Origin: Roseomonas sp.
GTDB taxonomy: Bacteria; Pseudomonadota; Alphaproteobacteria; Acetobacterales; Acetobacteraceae
Assembly: GCA_044356015.1 (NCBI GenBank)
Contig: JBIKXA010000002.1
Span: 173-64,172, forward strand
Length of the DNA: 64,000 nucleotides
Reading direction: 5' to 3'
A model generated the notes under the pieces. The model did no database searches. It was not told where the DNA came from and was given only the letters and a program-made list of their open reading frames with translations. Below are positions 9,354 through 19,475 of this stretch, in pieces. The stretch's first letter is position 1. Each line of letters opens with the position of its first letter. The translations under genes were made by a program, and so were the position numbers.

Positions 9354-10957
9354 CACGCACCCACGCGCAAATTGCCGGGCCCAAACATCATCGCCCAACC
9401 GGATGAGGCACGCCATTCGATATTGCGCCGCTTTGCGGTGAAGGCTGCCGCGTGGTGCAGGGTGATGTAGCCGGGATCGTCACGTTCCAAGGTGGTGAGG
9501 ATCCGACGGAAAAGATCGCGCCGACGGGTCAAATCCGTCTCGGTTTCGAAAGACGCCACGATCTGGTTGAAGGCTTCATTCACCCATTCCCCGGTGCGTT
9601 CTGCTTCCGTATTCCGGCCATAGGCGCGCAATATGCCAGCGACCGGATCGCCAAAGACCGAGGTATTGGACCAATCCCGCAAGCCGCGGCCCGGCGTACG
9701 TTCATGCACCTGCGCGAAATTTTCCTTCATTTCGATGGTGACATTGAGACCCACCGCGCGCCACATCTCCACCATGATCTGCGCATTGGCCACTTGATTG
9801 GTGTAGTAATTGTTCAATAGCCGATATGGGATGGGCTGACCGCGATAATTTGCCTCACGCAGCAAACGGCGCGCTTCAGCGGGATCAAAGCGCGGATTCT
9901 CCCAATCAGCCAGATACATCTGCCCATAGCTTTCCATCTGGACGCCGCGCGGGATTTTGGTGCGCCCTGCCCAAAGCGTATCCACGAGCATTTGCCGATC
10001 AATCCCATGCGTCATGGCGCGACGGATGCGAGCATCCGCAAGCACCGGGTTCGTCTTGTCGAAGGCGAGCTGACGGATATTATTGATCGAGCTGCCCAGC
10101 ACTTCAAAGCGGGGATTGCGTTCAACAACCGTGATCTGATCGGGCGGGATATCACAGGCGAAATCATATTCGCCCGAGAATAGCCCATTGACCCGCCCTG
10201 AAACCTCCGGCACCTCAATGAACCGCAGGCGACGCGCCGGTGGCCGGCCACCCCAATATTCGTCATGCGCTTCCAGGATCAGCGACGTATCGGGCCGAAA
10301 CTCCGCAATGCGATAGGGGCCGGTACCGATCGGCGCGCGGCCCCAGGCAAGCCAGCTTTCCGCGCGCCCGAAGGCTGCGCGTGAGAAAATGGCGCCGACA
10401 CTTTGCGCAATGCGCCCTTCCAGCGTGACATCCGGCAGGCGATTAACGAAGCGCACCGTTTGCGCGTTGAGCACTTCCACACGTTCAAGCCCAGGATAGG
10501 TGCGACGCCCAACCGCAATTACCTCAGCGGGGGGTTCCTTGGTGGCGGTTCCGGCCAGCACGGTAGTGCGCCCGGCACCGGTCGCGCCCTGCGTGCCAAA
10601 CAGGCGATCCGCGAAGGAGAAGGCGATATCCTCGGCGGTCAGCACGCTGCCATCATGGAATTTCACGCCTTGGCGCAGCGTGAGATCCAGCGTGCGCGCA
10701 TCCACGCGCCGCCATTCAGTGGCAAGCCCCGGCATCAGCGCCGCATTGCCAAGCCAATCGGTCGCGATCAATTGTTCCGAATAAAGCCCATGAATACGAA
10801 AGCCGACATTGGATTGTTCGCGTGGCGGTTCGAAGGTGTTGGAATTGGACAGGCGCTGAACCGCGATGGTGAGCGTGGGCCTGTTATCCGCCTGCGCCAG
10901 GGCAGGCGCGGCGAGAAGACTTGGCGCCAGCAATGCGGCGCGGCGAGAGATCAACAT
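9353..10957 (-). CDS. ABC substrate-binding protein, family 5 (copy 1)
   Basis: Tat-like SRRAALL, LRQGVKFHDG, PIGTGPY, LLNNYYTNQ. Confidence 0.92.
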   Translation of the reverse strand: MLISRRAALLAPSLLAAPALAQADNRPTLTIAVQRLSNSNTFEPPREQSNVGFRIHGLYSEQLIATDWLGNAALMPGLATEWRRVDARTLDLTLRQGVKFHDGSVLTAEDIAFSFADRLFGTQGATGAGRTTVLAGTATKEPPAEVIAVGRRTYPGLERVEVLNAQTVRFVNRLPDVTLEGRIAQSVGAIFSRAAFGRAESWLAWGRAPIGTGPYRIAEFRPDTSLILEAHDEYWGGRPPARRLRFIEVPEVSGRVNGLFSGEYDFACDIPPDQITVVERNPRFEVLGSSINNIRQLAFDKTNPVLADARIRRAMTHGIDRQMLVDTLWAGRTKIPRGVQMESYGQMYLADWENPRFDPAEARRLLREANYRGQPIPYRLLNNYYTNQVANAQIMVEMWRAVGLNVTIEMKENFAQVHERTPGRGLRDWSNTSVFGDPVAGILRAYGRNTEAERTGEWVNEAFNQIVASFETETDLTRRRDLFRRILTTLERDDPGYITLHHAAAFTAKRRNIEWRASSGWAMMFGPGNLRVGA

Positions 10958-10960
10958 TCT

Positions 10961-12535
10961 TCAGGCCCCCCAATTGGATGCACGGAAATCCATCACGAAG
11001 CTTTGGCTCGATTTCCAGCGAATATCACGGCGTTTGGCGGTAAAATTCCCATTGCGATGCAGCACCGTATAGCCGGGGTCTTCCCGTTCAACGATCTGCA
11101 GCATGCGTGCCCAGGCTTGGCGCCGCGCCGGCCTGTCCACGCTGGTTTGGAGAAAATCGCCGAGCGTGGCGAATTCGTCATTGCGCCACTCGCCATTATT
11201 CCAGGTGGCGCCATTGCGCCCCCAATTCGGCACGATTTGCGCAACCGGATCAGGCAGAGACGCAGTTTGTGACCAATCGCGAATGGCGCGCGTTGGCGTA
11301 CGGGCCGTGATCTGTCCCCAATTTTCCTGCATTTGCAGCTGCACATTCAGCCCCGCAGCGCGCCATCCTTCCACCAGGATCTGTGCAGTCGCGGTCTGGT
11401 TGGTGTAGTAATTGTTCAAGGCGCGATAAGGGATCGGCTCGCCCCGGTAATTCGCCTCACGCAAAAGCCGCCGCACCTCGGCAAGGTCGAAGCGCGGCAC
11501 TTCATGTTCGGCGATGAACATATCCGCGTAAAATTCCCAGTTGAGACCACGCGGCACATTCACCCGCCCACCCCAGAGCGCTTCAATGATCGCCTGGCGA
11601 TCAATGCTGTGGCTCAAGGCGCGCCGGATCAGGGGGTTGGAGAGCACAGCATGGGTTTTGTCAAACACCATGATGCGCGAATTATTGATGACACCGCCGG
11701 TCACCTCAAAGCGGGGATTGCGTTCGATGCTGGCAATCTGATCGGGCGGGATATCGCAGGCGAAATCCACCTCGCCCGAAATCAATGCATTGATCCGGCT
11801 TGATACTTCAGGAATTTCCAGAAAGCGCAGGCGCCGAATGGGCGGCCGCCCGGCCCAATGCCCGTCAAAGGCGTCAAGCACCAGGATGCGGTCCGGATTG
11901 AACTCGCTCACCATATAGGGGCCGGTGCCAATGGGCCGGCGCGCCCAATCGCGCCAGCTTTGGGCGGCGGCAAAGGCGCGCGGATTGGCAATCACGCTCG
12001 CGGTCCGCGCCATTTGCCCTTCCAAGGTCAGGTCAGGTGTGCGGTTCACGAAGCGAACCGTGTGGCTATCCACCACCTCCATACGCTCAAAACCCGGGAA
12101 GCTGCGCCGCGCGATTTGCGTAGCACCAGGGGGCGGTTCCTTGCCGAGCGGCCCGCCACCCCACATGCGATCCGGCCCGAAGGAAAAGACTACATCTTCG
12201 GCGGTGAAGGCATCGCCATTATGGAACTTCACATCCCGGCGCAGGGAGAATTCCACGATACTATCGCTGATACGCCGCCACCCGGTCGCAAGACCCGGTT
12301 GCAGTGACATGTCGCCGATCCAATCCGTATCCACGAGCGGCTCGACAAAATTGCGGAAGATGCGCGTGCCGACATTGGATTGTTCGGCGATCATCTCCAG
12401 CATATTGCTGGTGGTGATTTCCTGGACGGCAATGTTGATGACAGGGCGCGTATCGGATTGACCAAGGGCCGGGGCTGCAAGCCCCGCCGGCATCAGGGCC
12501 AGCGGGGCGGTCAATAAGTGGCGGCGGCGCAGCAT
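10961..12535 (-). CDS. ABC substrate-binding protein, family 5 (copy 2)
   Basis: Start MLRRRHLL at 12535; LRRDVKFHNG, PIGTGPY, ALNNYYTNQ. Confidence 0.92.
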   Translation of the reverse strand: MLRRRHLLTAPLALMPAGLAAPALGQSDTRPVINIAVQEITTSNMLEMIAEQSNVGTRIFRNFVEPLVDTDWIGDMSLQPGLATGWRRISDSIVEFSLRRDVKFHNGDAFTAEDVVFSFGPDRMWGGGPLGKEPPPGATQIARRSFPGFERMEVVDSHTVRFVNRTPDLTLEGQMARTASVIANPRAFAAAQSWRDWARRPIGTGPYMVSEFNPDRILVLDAFDGHWAGRPPIRRLRFLEIPEVSSRINALISGEVDFACDIPPDQIASIERNPRFEVTGGVINNSRIMVFDKTHAVLSNPLIRRALSHSIDRQAIIEALWGGRVNVPRGLNWEFYADMFIAEHEVPRFDLAEVRRLLREANYRGEPIPYRALNNYYTNQTATAQILVEGWRAAGLNVQLQMQENWGQITARTPTRAIRDWSQTASLPDPVAQIVPNWGRNGATWNNGEWRNDEFATLGDFLQTSVDRPARRQAWARMLQIVEREDPGYTVLHRNGNFTAKRRDIRWKSSQSFVMDFRASNWGA

Positions 12536-12539
12536 CGGC

Positions 12540-14159
12540 TCAGGCGCCAAAATTGCCGGGGCGGAAATCCATCGCGAAGGCCGGGCTGGCCTTCCAAGTC
12601 GTATCACGCCGCTTGGCTGTGAAGGTGGCGTTCTGATGCAGCACGGTGAAGGCCGGGTCTTCACGTTCCGCAATCTCCAGCATCCGGCGGAAGACCGCGC
12701 GGCGGCGTGCACGATCCGTGCTGGTTTCCAATTCCACCGACAGACGATTGAATTCCTCATTCGTCCATTCGCCAACCTGTTGCTGCTGGCCGCTGGGACC
12801 GTGCTGATTCACGATGGACGAAACAGGATCATTAAAGGGCGCGCTATTGGACCAGTCACGCAGCGCGCGCGGCGTCTCGCGAGAGAAGATTTGCGCCCAA
12901 TTCTCGCGCATTTCGATCTGCACATTAAGCCCGGCCTGCCGCCACATCTCGACCAAGATCTGCGCTGTGGCATTCTGATTGGTGTAGTAATTATTCAGCA
13001 GACGATAGGGGATGGGCTCACCACGGTAATTCGCTTCCCGCAGCAGGCGCCGCGCCTCATTCAGATTAAAGGCGGGGACGGACCAATCCGCGTGGAACAT
13101 CTCACCATAATACTCCCATTGCAGCCCCTTCGGCACAACGGTGCGGCCGGCCCAAAGGCTGTCCACAATGGCCTGACGATCAATGGCATGCGTCATGGCG
13201 CGGCGTACACGCGGGTCGCGGAGTTGCGGATGGTTCTTGTCGAAAACTGTCAGACGATGGTTCAGGATCGTGCCGCCCTGCACTTCAAAGGCGCGGTTGC
13301 GCTCAATGCCGGCGATCTGATCGGGGGGCATATCGCAGGCGAATTGATATTCACCCGAGAGCAGGCCATTCACGCGAGAGGCCACTTCAGGCACTTCCAC
13401 AAAGCGGATTTGCCGCAAGGGCGGGCGGCCGCCCCAATATTCATCATGCGCAACCAGTGTCAGTGATACATCGGGGCGGAATTCCGCGACCATATAGGGC
13501 CCGGTGGTGATTGGCTTGCGCGCCCAATCCAGCCAGCTTGCGGCTTCGTTGAAGCCACGGCGAGAGCAGATATCGCTGCCATAGCGCGCAAGGCGGCCTT
13601 CCAGGGTGACATCGGGCGTGCGGTTGATGAAGCGCACGGTGTAGCGGTCAACCGCTTCTACCCTCTCGAGCGCGGGCCAGATGCGCCGGGATACCGCCAC
13701 CACTTCAGGCGGCAATTCCTTGCCCTGCGGGCCTTGACCCGGAATGCGGGAAAATAATGTGCCAGTGGCGGGCGCGGCTGGCGTACCAGTGCCGAACATG
13801 CGTTCCGGCCCGAAGGTGAAGACCACATCTTCCGCGGTCATTTCATCGCCGTTATGGAATTTCACGCCGCGGCGCAGTGACAGTTCAACCGTGCGGTCAT
13901 CAATGCGGCGCCATTCGGTGGCAAGCCCCGGCATGGTTTCAAGATTGCCGAGCCAATTGCGGCCAATCAGCCCTTCCCAAAGGGAGGTGAAGAAAACCCT
14001 TTCCCCCACATTGGATTGTTCGCGCAAAACCTCAAGCGTATTGCTGTTGACAATCTTTTGCACCGCAACCGTGATGGAAGGGCGTTGATCCGCCTGTGCA
14101 ATGGCAAAGCGCGGTAAAAGGGCAAGGCCTGGGATGGCAAGAATCTCACGGCGCAGCAT
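12540..14159 (-). CDS. ABC substrate-binding protein, family 5 (copy 3)
   Basis: MLRREIL, LRRGVKFHNG, PITTGPY, LLNNYYTNQ. Confidence 0.92.
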   Translation of the reverse strand: MLRREILAIPGLALLPRFAIAQADQRPSITVAVQKIVNSNTLEVLREQSNVGERVFFTSLWEGLIGRNWLGNLETMPGLATEWRRIDDRTVELSLRRGVKFHNGDEMTAEDVVFTFGPERMFGTGTPAAPATGTLFSRIPGQGPQGKELPPEVVAVSRRIWPALERVEAVDRYTVRFINRTPDVTLEGRLARYGSDICSRRGFNEAASWLDWARKPITTGPYMVAEFRPDVSLTLVAHDEYWGGRPPLRQIRFVEVPEVASRVNGLLSGEYQFACDMPPDQIAGIERNRAFEVQGGTILNHRLTVFDKNHPQLRDPRVRRAMTHAIDRQAIVDSLWAGRTVVPKGLQWEYYGEMFHADWSVPAFNLNEARRLLREANYRGEPIPYRLLNNYYTNQNATAQILVEMWRQAGLNVQIEMRENWAQIFSRETPRALRDWSNSAPFNDPVSSIVNQHGPSGQQQQVGEWTNEEFNRLSVELETSTDRARRRAVFRRMLEIAEREDPAFTVLHQNATFTAKRRDTTWKASPAFAMDFRPGNFGA

Positions 14160-14201
14160 GGGGGTCTCTCCTGCGTTGATGATGGGGAAATGGTGGGCGG
14201 G

Positions 14202-15746
14202 TCAGGTTGGGGGCGCGCGCTCCTCAAGGCCGAGCGGCGTTGCGCGAAAATGGGTCAGCGTGCGTTCGGCATGGCGCATGCGCTTCGACAATGCCTTTTG
14301 CGCATAGGCCTTCACCAGATCGGCATAGGCTGGATCATCGGCAAGATTCGTGAATTGATGCGGATCCTGCGCAAGGTCGTAGAACAGCGGCGGCAATGCG
14401 GTGAAATGAACGTATTTGAACCGCGCATCCTGCACCACACAAAGCGCGCTTTCATCCATTGAAAGACCAAGCGCGGTCTCCGGCTTGGAATAATGGACGT
14501 CGCGGAAATCATATTCATAGAAAAGCATGTCGCGCCAGGAATCGGGGGGCATATGTTCCAGCAAGGGCAGCAATGAACGCCCATCGCTGGACCGCGGCGC
14601 GGCACCGCCAAGCGCTTCAAGAATGGTCGGCATCACATCCACGCTTTCGGTAAAGGCATCTTCAATGGCACCGGCGCGCGTGGTCCGCCCGGCATCCTTG
14701 ATCACCAGCGGGATGCGGAAACTCTCGTCAAAATAACCGATCTTGCCCAGCAACCAGTGATCGCCAAGCTGCTCACCATGATCAGAGGTGAAGATGATCA
14801 TGGTATTTTCCCATTGGCCATTCTCCTCCAACCAGGTGAAGACACGGCCAAGGCAATCATCAATTTCAGTAATCAGCCCGGCATAGGTTGCACGCATTTG
14901 GCGGATGGAAGCCTCATCCAGGGTGCTCGCGGTGCCGCCGGCACCATGGAAGAAGGAACCCTGCTTGATGTCGCGCAGGTAATGGCGCAGCAGCGGGTGC
15001 TGCTCCGCTTCTTCCTCCCAATGCGGCTTTCGAACAGGCGCCGGCATGTCCTCTGGGCGGTACATCTTGTGATAGGGCGCGGGCGCGATGAAGGGCGGAT
15101 GCGGGCGATAATAGCCGAGATGCAGGAACCATGGCTTGCCATTGCGGCCTTTGAGATAGGTAAGTGCCCTTTCAGTGAAGAAGGTGCTGTCGGACAAGGC
15201 AGAGGGAATCCGGCACGGCCGGTCCGTGACACCTGGCACGGCATCCTCACCTTCTGGCAGCCAGATATCTTCTCGCCGCGGCGGCAGGTGGTAGCCCTGA
15301 TGCGCAAGCCAGCCGAAATAGCCATCCATATTGGGTTCAAAGGCGCCAACGCTGCGGAAGCCATCCATCAGATCGCCAAGCGTCGTGAAGCGCGGATCGC
15401 GCGGGCCAGAGGTGCGCGGGTCCGGCGTGGTGGTCGTATAGCCGATCAGGGCCGGATCATAGCCGAGAAGGCGCAATTGCTTGGCGAGATTGGTATGGCG
15501 CGCATCAAGCGGCACCGTATTCTGCACGGCGCGGTGGTTCATCAGATAAAGCCCAGTCAGCAGGCTGGCGCGCGCCGGGCCGCAGGGCACCGCATTCGTC
15601 ACATGATTGCGGAATGTCACACCTTCTCGGCACAGACGATCGAGATTCGGTGTCCGCAAGAAACTTGCCCCGAGATGGGGGACGAAATCGGCGCGCCATT
15701 GATCAACGACAATAAGAAGGATGTTTTTCGGGGGGGTCATCGGCAC
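14202..15746 (-). CDS. pehA: Phosphonate monoester hydrolase / phosphodiesterase (sulfatase-like, formylglycine enzyme)
   Basis: VDQWRAD, CGPARASLLTGLYLMNHRAVQN (CxPxR), GYTTTTPDPR, YYRPHPPF and SDHGEQLGDH match my recollection of the PehA/PMH family. Confidence 0.88.
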   Translation of the reverse strand: MPMTPPKNILLIVVDQWRADFVPHLGASFLRTPNLDRLCREGVTFRNHVTNAVPCGPARASLLTGLYLMNHRAVQNTVPLDARHTNLAKQLRLLGYDPALIGYTTTTPDPRTSGPRDPRFTTLGDLMDGFRSVGAFEPNMDGYFGWLAHQGYHLPPRREDIWLPEGEDAVPGVTDRPCRIPSALSDSTFFTERALTYLKGRNGKPWFLHLGYYRPHPPFIAPAPYHKMYRPEDMPAPVRKPHWEEEAEQHPLLRHYLRDIKQGSFFHGAGGTASTLDEASIRQMRATYAGLITEIDDCLGRVFTWLEENGQWENTMIIFTSDHGEQLGDHWLLGKIGYFDESFRIPLVIKDAGRTTRAGAIEDAFTESVDVMPTILEALGGAAPRSSDGRSLLPLLEHMPPDSWRDMLFYEYDFRDVHYSKPETALGLSMDESALCVVQDARFKYVHFTALPPLFYDLAQDPHQFTNLADDPAYADLVKAYAQKALSKRMRHAERTLTHFRATPLGLEERAPPT

Positions 15747-15796
15747 GCCTTGAACTAGTGAACAATCGCCAAATAAGGACCGTGATTTTCAGACGC

Positions 15797-15825
15797 ATGA
15801 CGTTTCCGCGTCATCTTCGTGACGT
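15797..15825. promoter_or_regulatory. Three heptamers at an 11-bp period upstream of pehA (Pho-box-like operator candidate)
   Basis: ATGACGT at 15797, GCGTCAT (inverted ATGACGC) at 15808, GTGACGT at 15819. Confidence 0.35.
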
Positions 15826-16084
15826 CTTGATCAGCCTTGCCGAAAGATAGGGCGACTTGAAGCGCGCATGACAAATGTCATCTTCCGAAAGCCGCGCACT
15901 GGCAGAAAAATTCCGGGCTGAAGCCCCAGCGGCTTAGGGGGCGGATACGCCAAGCCCGGCAAGAATATTGGCCGCCACCTCTGCCTCGATTGCTTGGCGT
16001 GCGGCGCGCGTTGCCGAGCCAAGATGCGGTGTGAACACGCTATGCGGATGATCCAGCAGAGCGCTTGGAATCACCTGCAGGCCG

Positions 16085-16113
16085 GTCCGTCGTCAAATGA
16101 TTTGACGACGGAC
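16085..16113. repeat. Perfect palindrome; boundary motif copy 1
   Basis: GTCCGTCGTCAAAT-G-ATTTGACGACGGAC (14-bp arms). Confidence 0.9.
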
Positions 16114-16231
16114 AGGCTGACCCTAAAATTGGTCGCACAGGAGTTAGGGTGAGGTAGGCGCACAAAGGGGCTGGCGAAGAGATTTGGCAAAAAGGTCTGA
16201 AATTTCCGTGCCCCCGTCTCGTGATTCCTGA

Positions 16232-17161
16232 TTAACGGCGAATCTCGCCACGCGGGGGCGGAGGAGGGGGGGTGGGTCTCAAGGTTGGGGGCGCCGGGCG
16301 TTGTTGGGTCGCCGGGTTGATGTCTCGGCAGCTCAAATACGGTTCTGCCCCCCTGGCGCGCCGGATCTTAACCGGTACTCTGGTGCGCTCGGTTGTGCCT
16401 TCGCTGGTCCAAATTGCAAGATAGGTGGTCACTTCCTCGAAGTTGGATTGCATGGAACTCTGGCCCTGCGGCGAAGAGCGTTCCAGGACAGAGGGGTGAT
16501 TTACACATTCAAATTCCGCAATAATGCCGCGCATGTCAGGCAGGACCCTGATGCGATCCGCCGGCTGCCCGCCAAGCGTGACTGTGGTGCTGCGCCATAA
16601 GCGGCCCCCGCTCAATCGAAAACTGGCGGGGCGGCCTTCATAGGCGAACATTTCCTCGTCCCGGCTTATGTTCAAATAAGGGGTACGCAGGATTTCAAGG
16701 TTGAGGCCGCGTTCAATCTCAGCTTCAGACCCGGGAATACGCATGCGAAAATCAGTCAATTCACATCCCGCACGCTGCGGAAGTGTTTTCTTTTCCCAAT
16801 CATCAAGCTTGAAAAAATCCTTATGGAAAAGGCTTCTGACGGCTTCGAATTGACCCTCATGCGACCAACACCGTGCCAGTTTGATATGCGCGCGCCGCCA
16901 AAAAGCCGGGAGCGAAAGTATCGCCTGAAGCGTGCGCATTTCCAGCCGATGCCTTTCTTCAAGCCCCAAGCGGGTAGGCAAAAAAATCCAGCCGAAGCTT
17001 TTGTCATGGCTGAACCCGGCAATTGAAATACGCTCCTGAATTCCCTGTGCACGTTCAACGGCAGAATACCAGGCATCGGCATCCAGGCCACCGGCACTCG
17101 CGGTTGGAACCGCAAGCCGCGCCTGAAGCAGCGCTTCAGTCACGGTTTCAAAGCGCTTCAT
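16232..17161 (-). CDS. Hypothetical protein with Pro-rich C-terminus
   Basis: 309-aa ORF of globular-looking composition (GGRLWRSTTVTLGGQPADRIRVLPDMRGIIAEF); ATGA overlap with the upstream ORF. Confidence 0.65.
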   Translation of the reverse strand: MKRFETVTEALLQARLAVPTASAGGLDADAWYSAVERAQGIQERISIAGFSHDKSFGWIFLPTRLGLEERHRLEMRTLQAILSLPAFWRRAHIKLARCWSHEGQFEAVRSLFHKDFFKLDDWEKKTLPQRAGCELTDFRMRIPGSEAEIERGLNLEILRTPYLNISRDEEMFAYEGRPASFRLSGGRLWRSTTVTLGGQPADRIRVLPDMRGIIAEFECVNHPSVLERSSPQGQSSMQSNFEEVTTYLAIWTSEGTTERTRVPVKIRRARGAEPYLSCRDINPATQQRPAPPTLRPTPPPPPPRGEIRR

Positions 17162-17766
17162 TTCGTTGCGGGGGGAGAGTCCGTAGGTAAGATCTCTCGA
17201 TGCCTTTTCTGAAGAAACTCATAAAGCTTCTCTGCGCCATGCGGGGTCGGTTGGACTTGCAACTGGCAGTCCTTCGGAAAGGGCTCTGCAACCGTCAGCT
17301 GGACGAAATCCGAGAGTCGAAAATTGTCGCCTTGTGCGCCTTGACTGCGCCCAGCATCTGCAAGTGACGGCAGTAAAGCCAATTCATGCGCCGTCTGATA
17401 GCGCGCATAGACAGCCGCACATAAAGGGGCATCTGTCTCGATTTTTCTGACCTCAATATAAGAAGAAAGCTGCTCGTTCGGAAATACCTGAAAGGTATAG
17501 GTAAAGTTTCCTAACTCTCGCGCGCCTGGACGGCGATGAAGATCGAGCAGGATGGCTGCCTCAATCGCGGGCAGGTAGCGCGCTGGGCAAGGAAAAAAAA
17601 GAGGCATCAATTTTGGCTGTGGTGGTCTGGGGGGCTGGCTCTGACCCTGGCCGCCGCTCTGCGGTGCTTCGCCGCCTGGCTGGCTTGAAGTATTGCTCGG
17701 CGGTGTGCCGCCAAGTGCTTCGATCAAATCACCATCCTTGCTCCCGATGATCCGCCGTTCTTCGAG
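17158..17766 (-). pseudogene. 3' remnant of a hypothetical gene cut off by the IS3 relic
   Basis: The frame of ORF 17158-17727 stays open upstream (LEERRIIGSKDGDLIEALGG) up to the IS3 end at 17767. Confidence 0.6.
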
Positions 17767-18086
17767 TGGACCTGTCCCGGTTTTGTGCCGCTCCTTTGAT
17801 CACATATTGTGCAGCAAAAGGGATGAACCATGGGCACAGGCAGGACGGATGAATTTCGCAAAGAAGCGGTGCGTATAGCGCTGACCAGCGGGCTTTCGCG
17901 GCGCCAGGTTGCGGATGACCTTGGGGTTGGCTTTTCGACCTTGAACAAATGGGTGAGCGCGCATCGAGGCACGGATGTGGTTTCGGCCGAGGACCGTGAT
18001 CTTGCGCGGGAGAATGAACGACTTCGTCGCGAGGTCCGTATCCTGAAGGAGGAGAGGGACATCCTAAAAAAAGCCACCCAGTATTG
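17767..18086 (+). mobile_element. IS3-family relic (left end plus OrfA only)
   Basis: 5'-TG end (TGGACCTGTCCCGG); OrfA DEFRKEAVRIAL...VADDLGVGFSTLNKWV...ENERLRREVRILKEERDILKKAT with an A7 run at its end; no OrfB/DDE follows. Confidence 0.85.
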
Positions 18087-18148
18087 CGCGACAATCATCC
18101 CAAAATCCAGCCGCGCAATCTCATCCTGATTGTCGCTGCTCTCTCAGC

Positions 18149-18424
18149 TTGATTGTCGGCGGTCACAAGGCCGACCCGGCCCGAGTGAAGGCCCTGGCGC
18201 GGGCGTTCCGCTATCAGAAGCTGCTGGACGAGGGCCGCTATGATAGCATCAGCGAAATGGCAGCGGGGCAGAGGATCGAGTGGGGGTACCTCGGCACCCT
18301 ACTGCGACTGACGCTGCCGGCACTGCTGGAGGGGGTGCCGTTGGGGTGGTCACATCAGCGGGAACATCTTTTGTCCGGCGCGCCGACACGGCTTACGAAA
18401 CAGGAGGTCCGGGTCGAGGCGTGA
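18149..18424 (+). pseudogene. Fragment of a conserved hypothetical gene typical of alphaproteobacterial prophage/ICE recombinase modules (copy 1)
   Basis: ADPARVKALARAFRYQKLLDEGRYDSISEMAA...GYLGTLLRLTL; N-terminus missing and an apparent internal deletion. Family link is recalled, not searched. Confidence 0.55.
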
Positions 18425-18433
18425 TGTCCAGTC

Positions 18434-19342
18434 CTATCGCTTCGGGAGCCAACGCTTGGCAATGCAGCAGGCCACCGTGAAGGCGGGATTGAAGACATTA
18501 CCCACATCATAGCGCACCACCTGGCCCATCAAATGGCTGGCAGCGCGGGCGTCCAAACCATAATCTTCGCCGAGCCAACGCGACATCTCGGTCGTGGCGT
18601 GCTGCAGAGCCTGGTCCAGCGGTCGCGCATTACCAATAGTGAAGATATCGTCGGATGTCTCGCCCCGCGGCCAGGTGATCTTCCGCTTCAGCACGCGGAA
18701 CGTCACCTCCATCTCAAAGGATGTTTCAATGCCGGTGCCAACGATCTCGCCATCGCCTTGGCAGGCATGCCCATCGCCCAGATAAAACAGCGCGCCGGGC
18801 ACCGCGACGGGAAACCAAGCCGTCGTGCCGGGCGCGAACAGCCGATAGTCCATGTTGCCGCCATTCTGCGCGCTGGTCGCGGTGGACAGCGCCTGCCCGC
18901 CAGCCGGCGCGACCCCGAAGCAGCCGATCATCGGCTGGATGGGTGGGGCAAAATCCTCAAGCCCTTTCACATTCTCCTGCAGCCGCACCGTCCCGGCCGC
19001 GTGGTCAATATTCCAGACGACGCGCTGCTGCGGGGGCCGGTCCAGGATGGCCGCCGGGTCCAGCACGGTCAGGGCGAGCGGCGAATAGGTCCAGCCGGTC
19101 GCTCGGCTCGGTGTCAGCCGATCGATCCGCACGGCGAGCGTGTCCCCGGGTTCGGCGCCCTCAATGAAGAACGGACCTGTCATTGGATTTGGCCGGCTGG
19201 CGACAGTCACCTCCCGCGCATCCAGGCCGGACGCATCGATGGTGTCGGTGACCACTGTGTCGCCATCGGCAACGCGCAGGCAGGGCTCTGCAATGCCGAT
19301 CGCGTTGTAGTATCGTGTGGGGTGAAAGCGGTGCTTGGCCAT
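18434..19342 (-). CDS. Acetamidase/formamidase family protein
   Basis: NPMTGPFFIEGAEPGDTLAVRI, PMIGCFGVAP, GGNMD, LGDGHACQGDGEI. Confidence 0.9.
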   Translation of the reverse strand: MAKHRFHPTRYYNAIGIAEPCLRVADGDTVVTDTIDASGLDAREVTVASRPNPMTGPFFIEGAEPGDTLAVRIDRLTPSRATGWTYSPLALTVLDPAAILDRPPQQRVVWNIDHAAGTVRLQENVKGLEDFAPPIQPMIGCFGVAPAGGQALSTATSAQNGGNMDYRLFAPGTTAWFPVAVPGALFYLGDGHACQGDGEIVGTGIETSFEMEVTFRVLKRKITWPRGETSDDIFTIGNARPLDQALQHATTEMSRWLGEDYGLDARAASHLMGQVVRYDVGNVFNPAFTVACCIAKRWLPKR

Positions 19343-19475
19343 GGGCTTCCTGGAAGACCTCGCTGAGATGTGCCGCCTGGTCCGCGCCAGGGCCTGCGTC
19401 CATCACGTTAGGAACCGGGGCGCGCGGCGGTCAAGCAGCAGCATAGGCGGGGGCTTGGCGCCGGTTACTACGCGA

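Noticed and set aside
2392-15758. Long shadow ORFs such as 2392-3351, 6347-7516, 10403-11272, 12636-13466 and 14757-15758
   Set aside because: Antisense to well-supported genes in GC-rich DNA, with no recognisable motifs.
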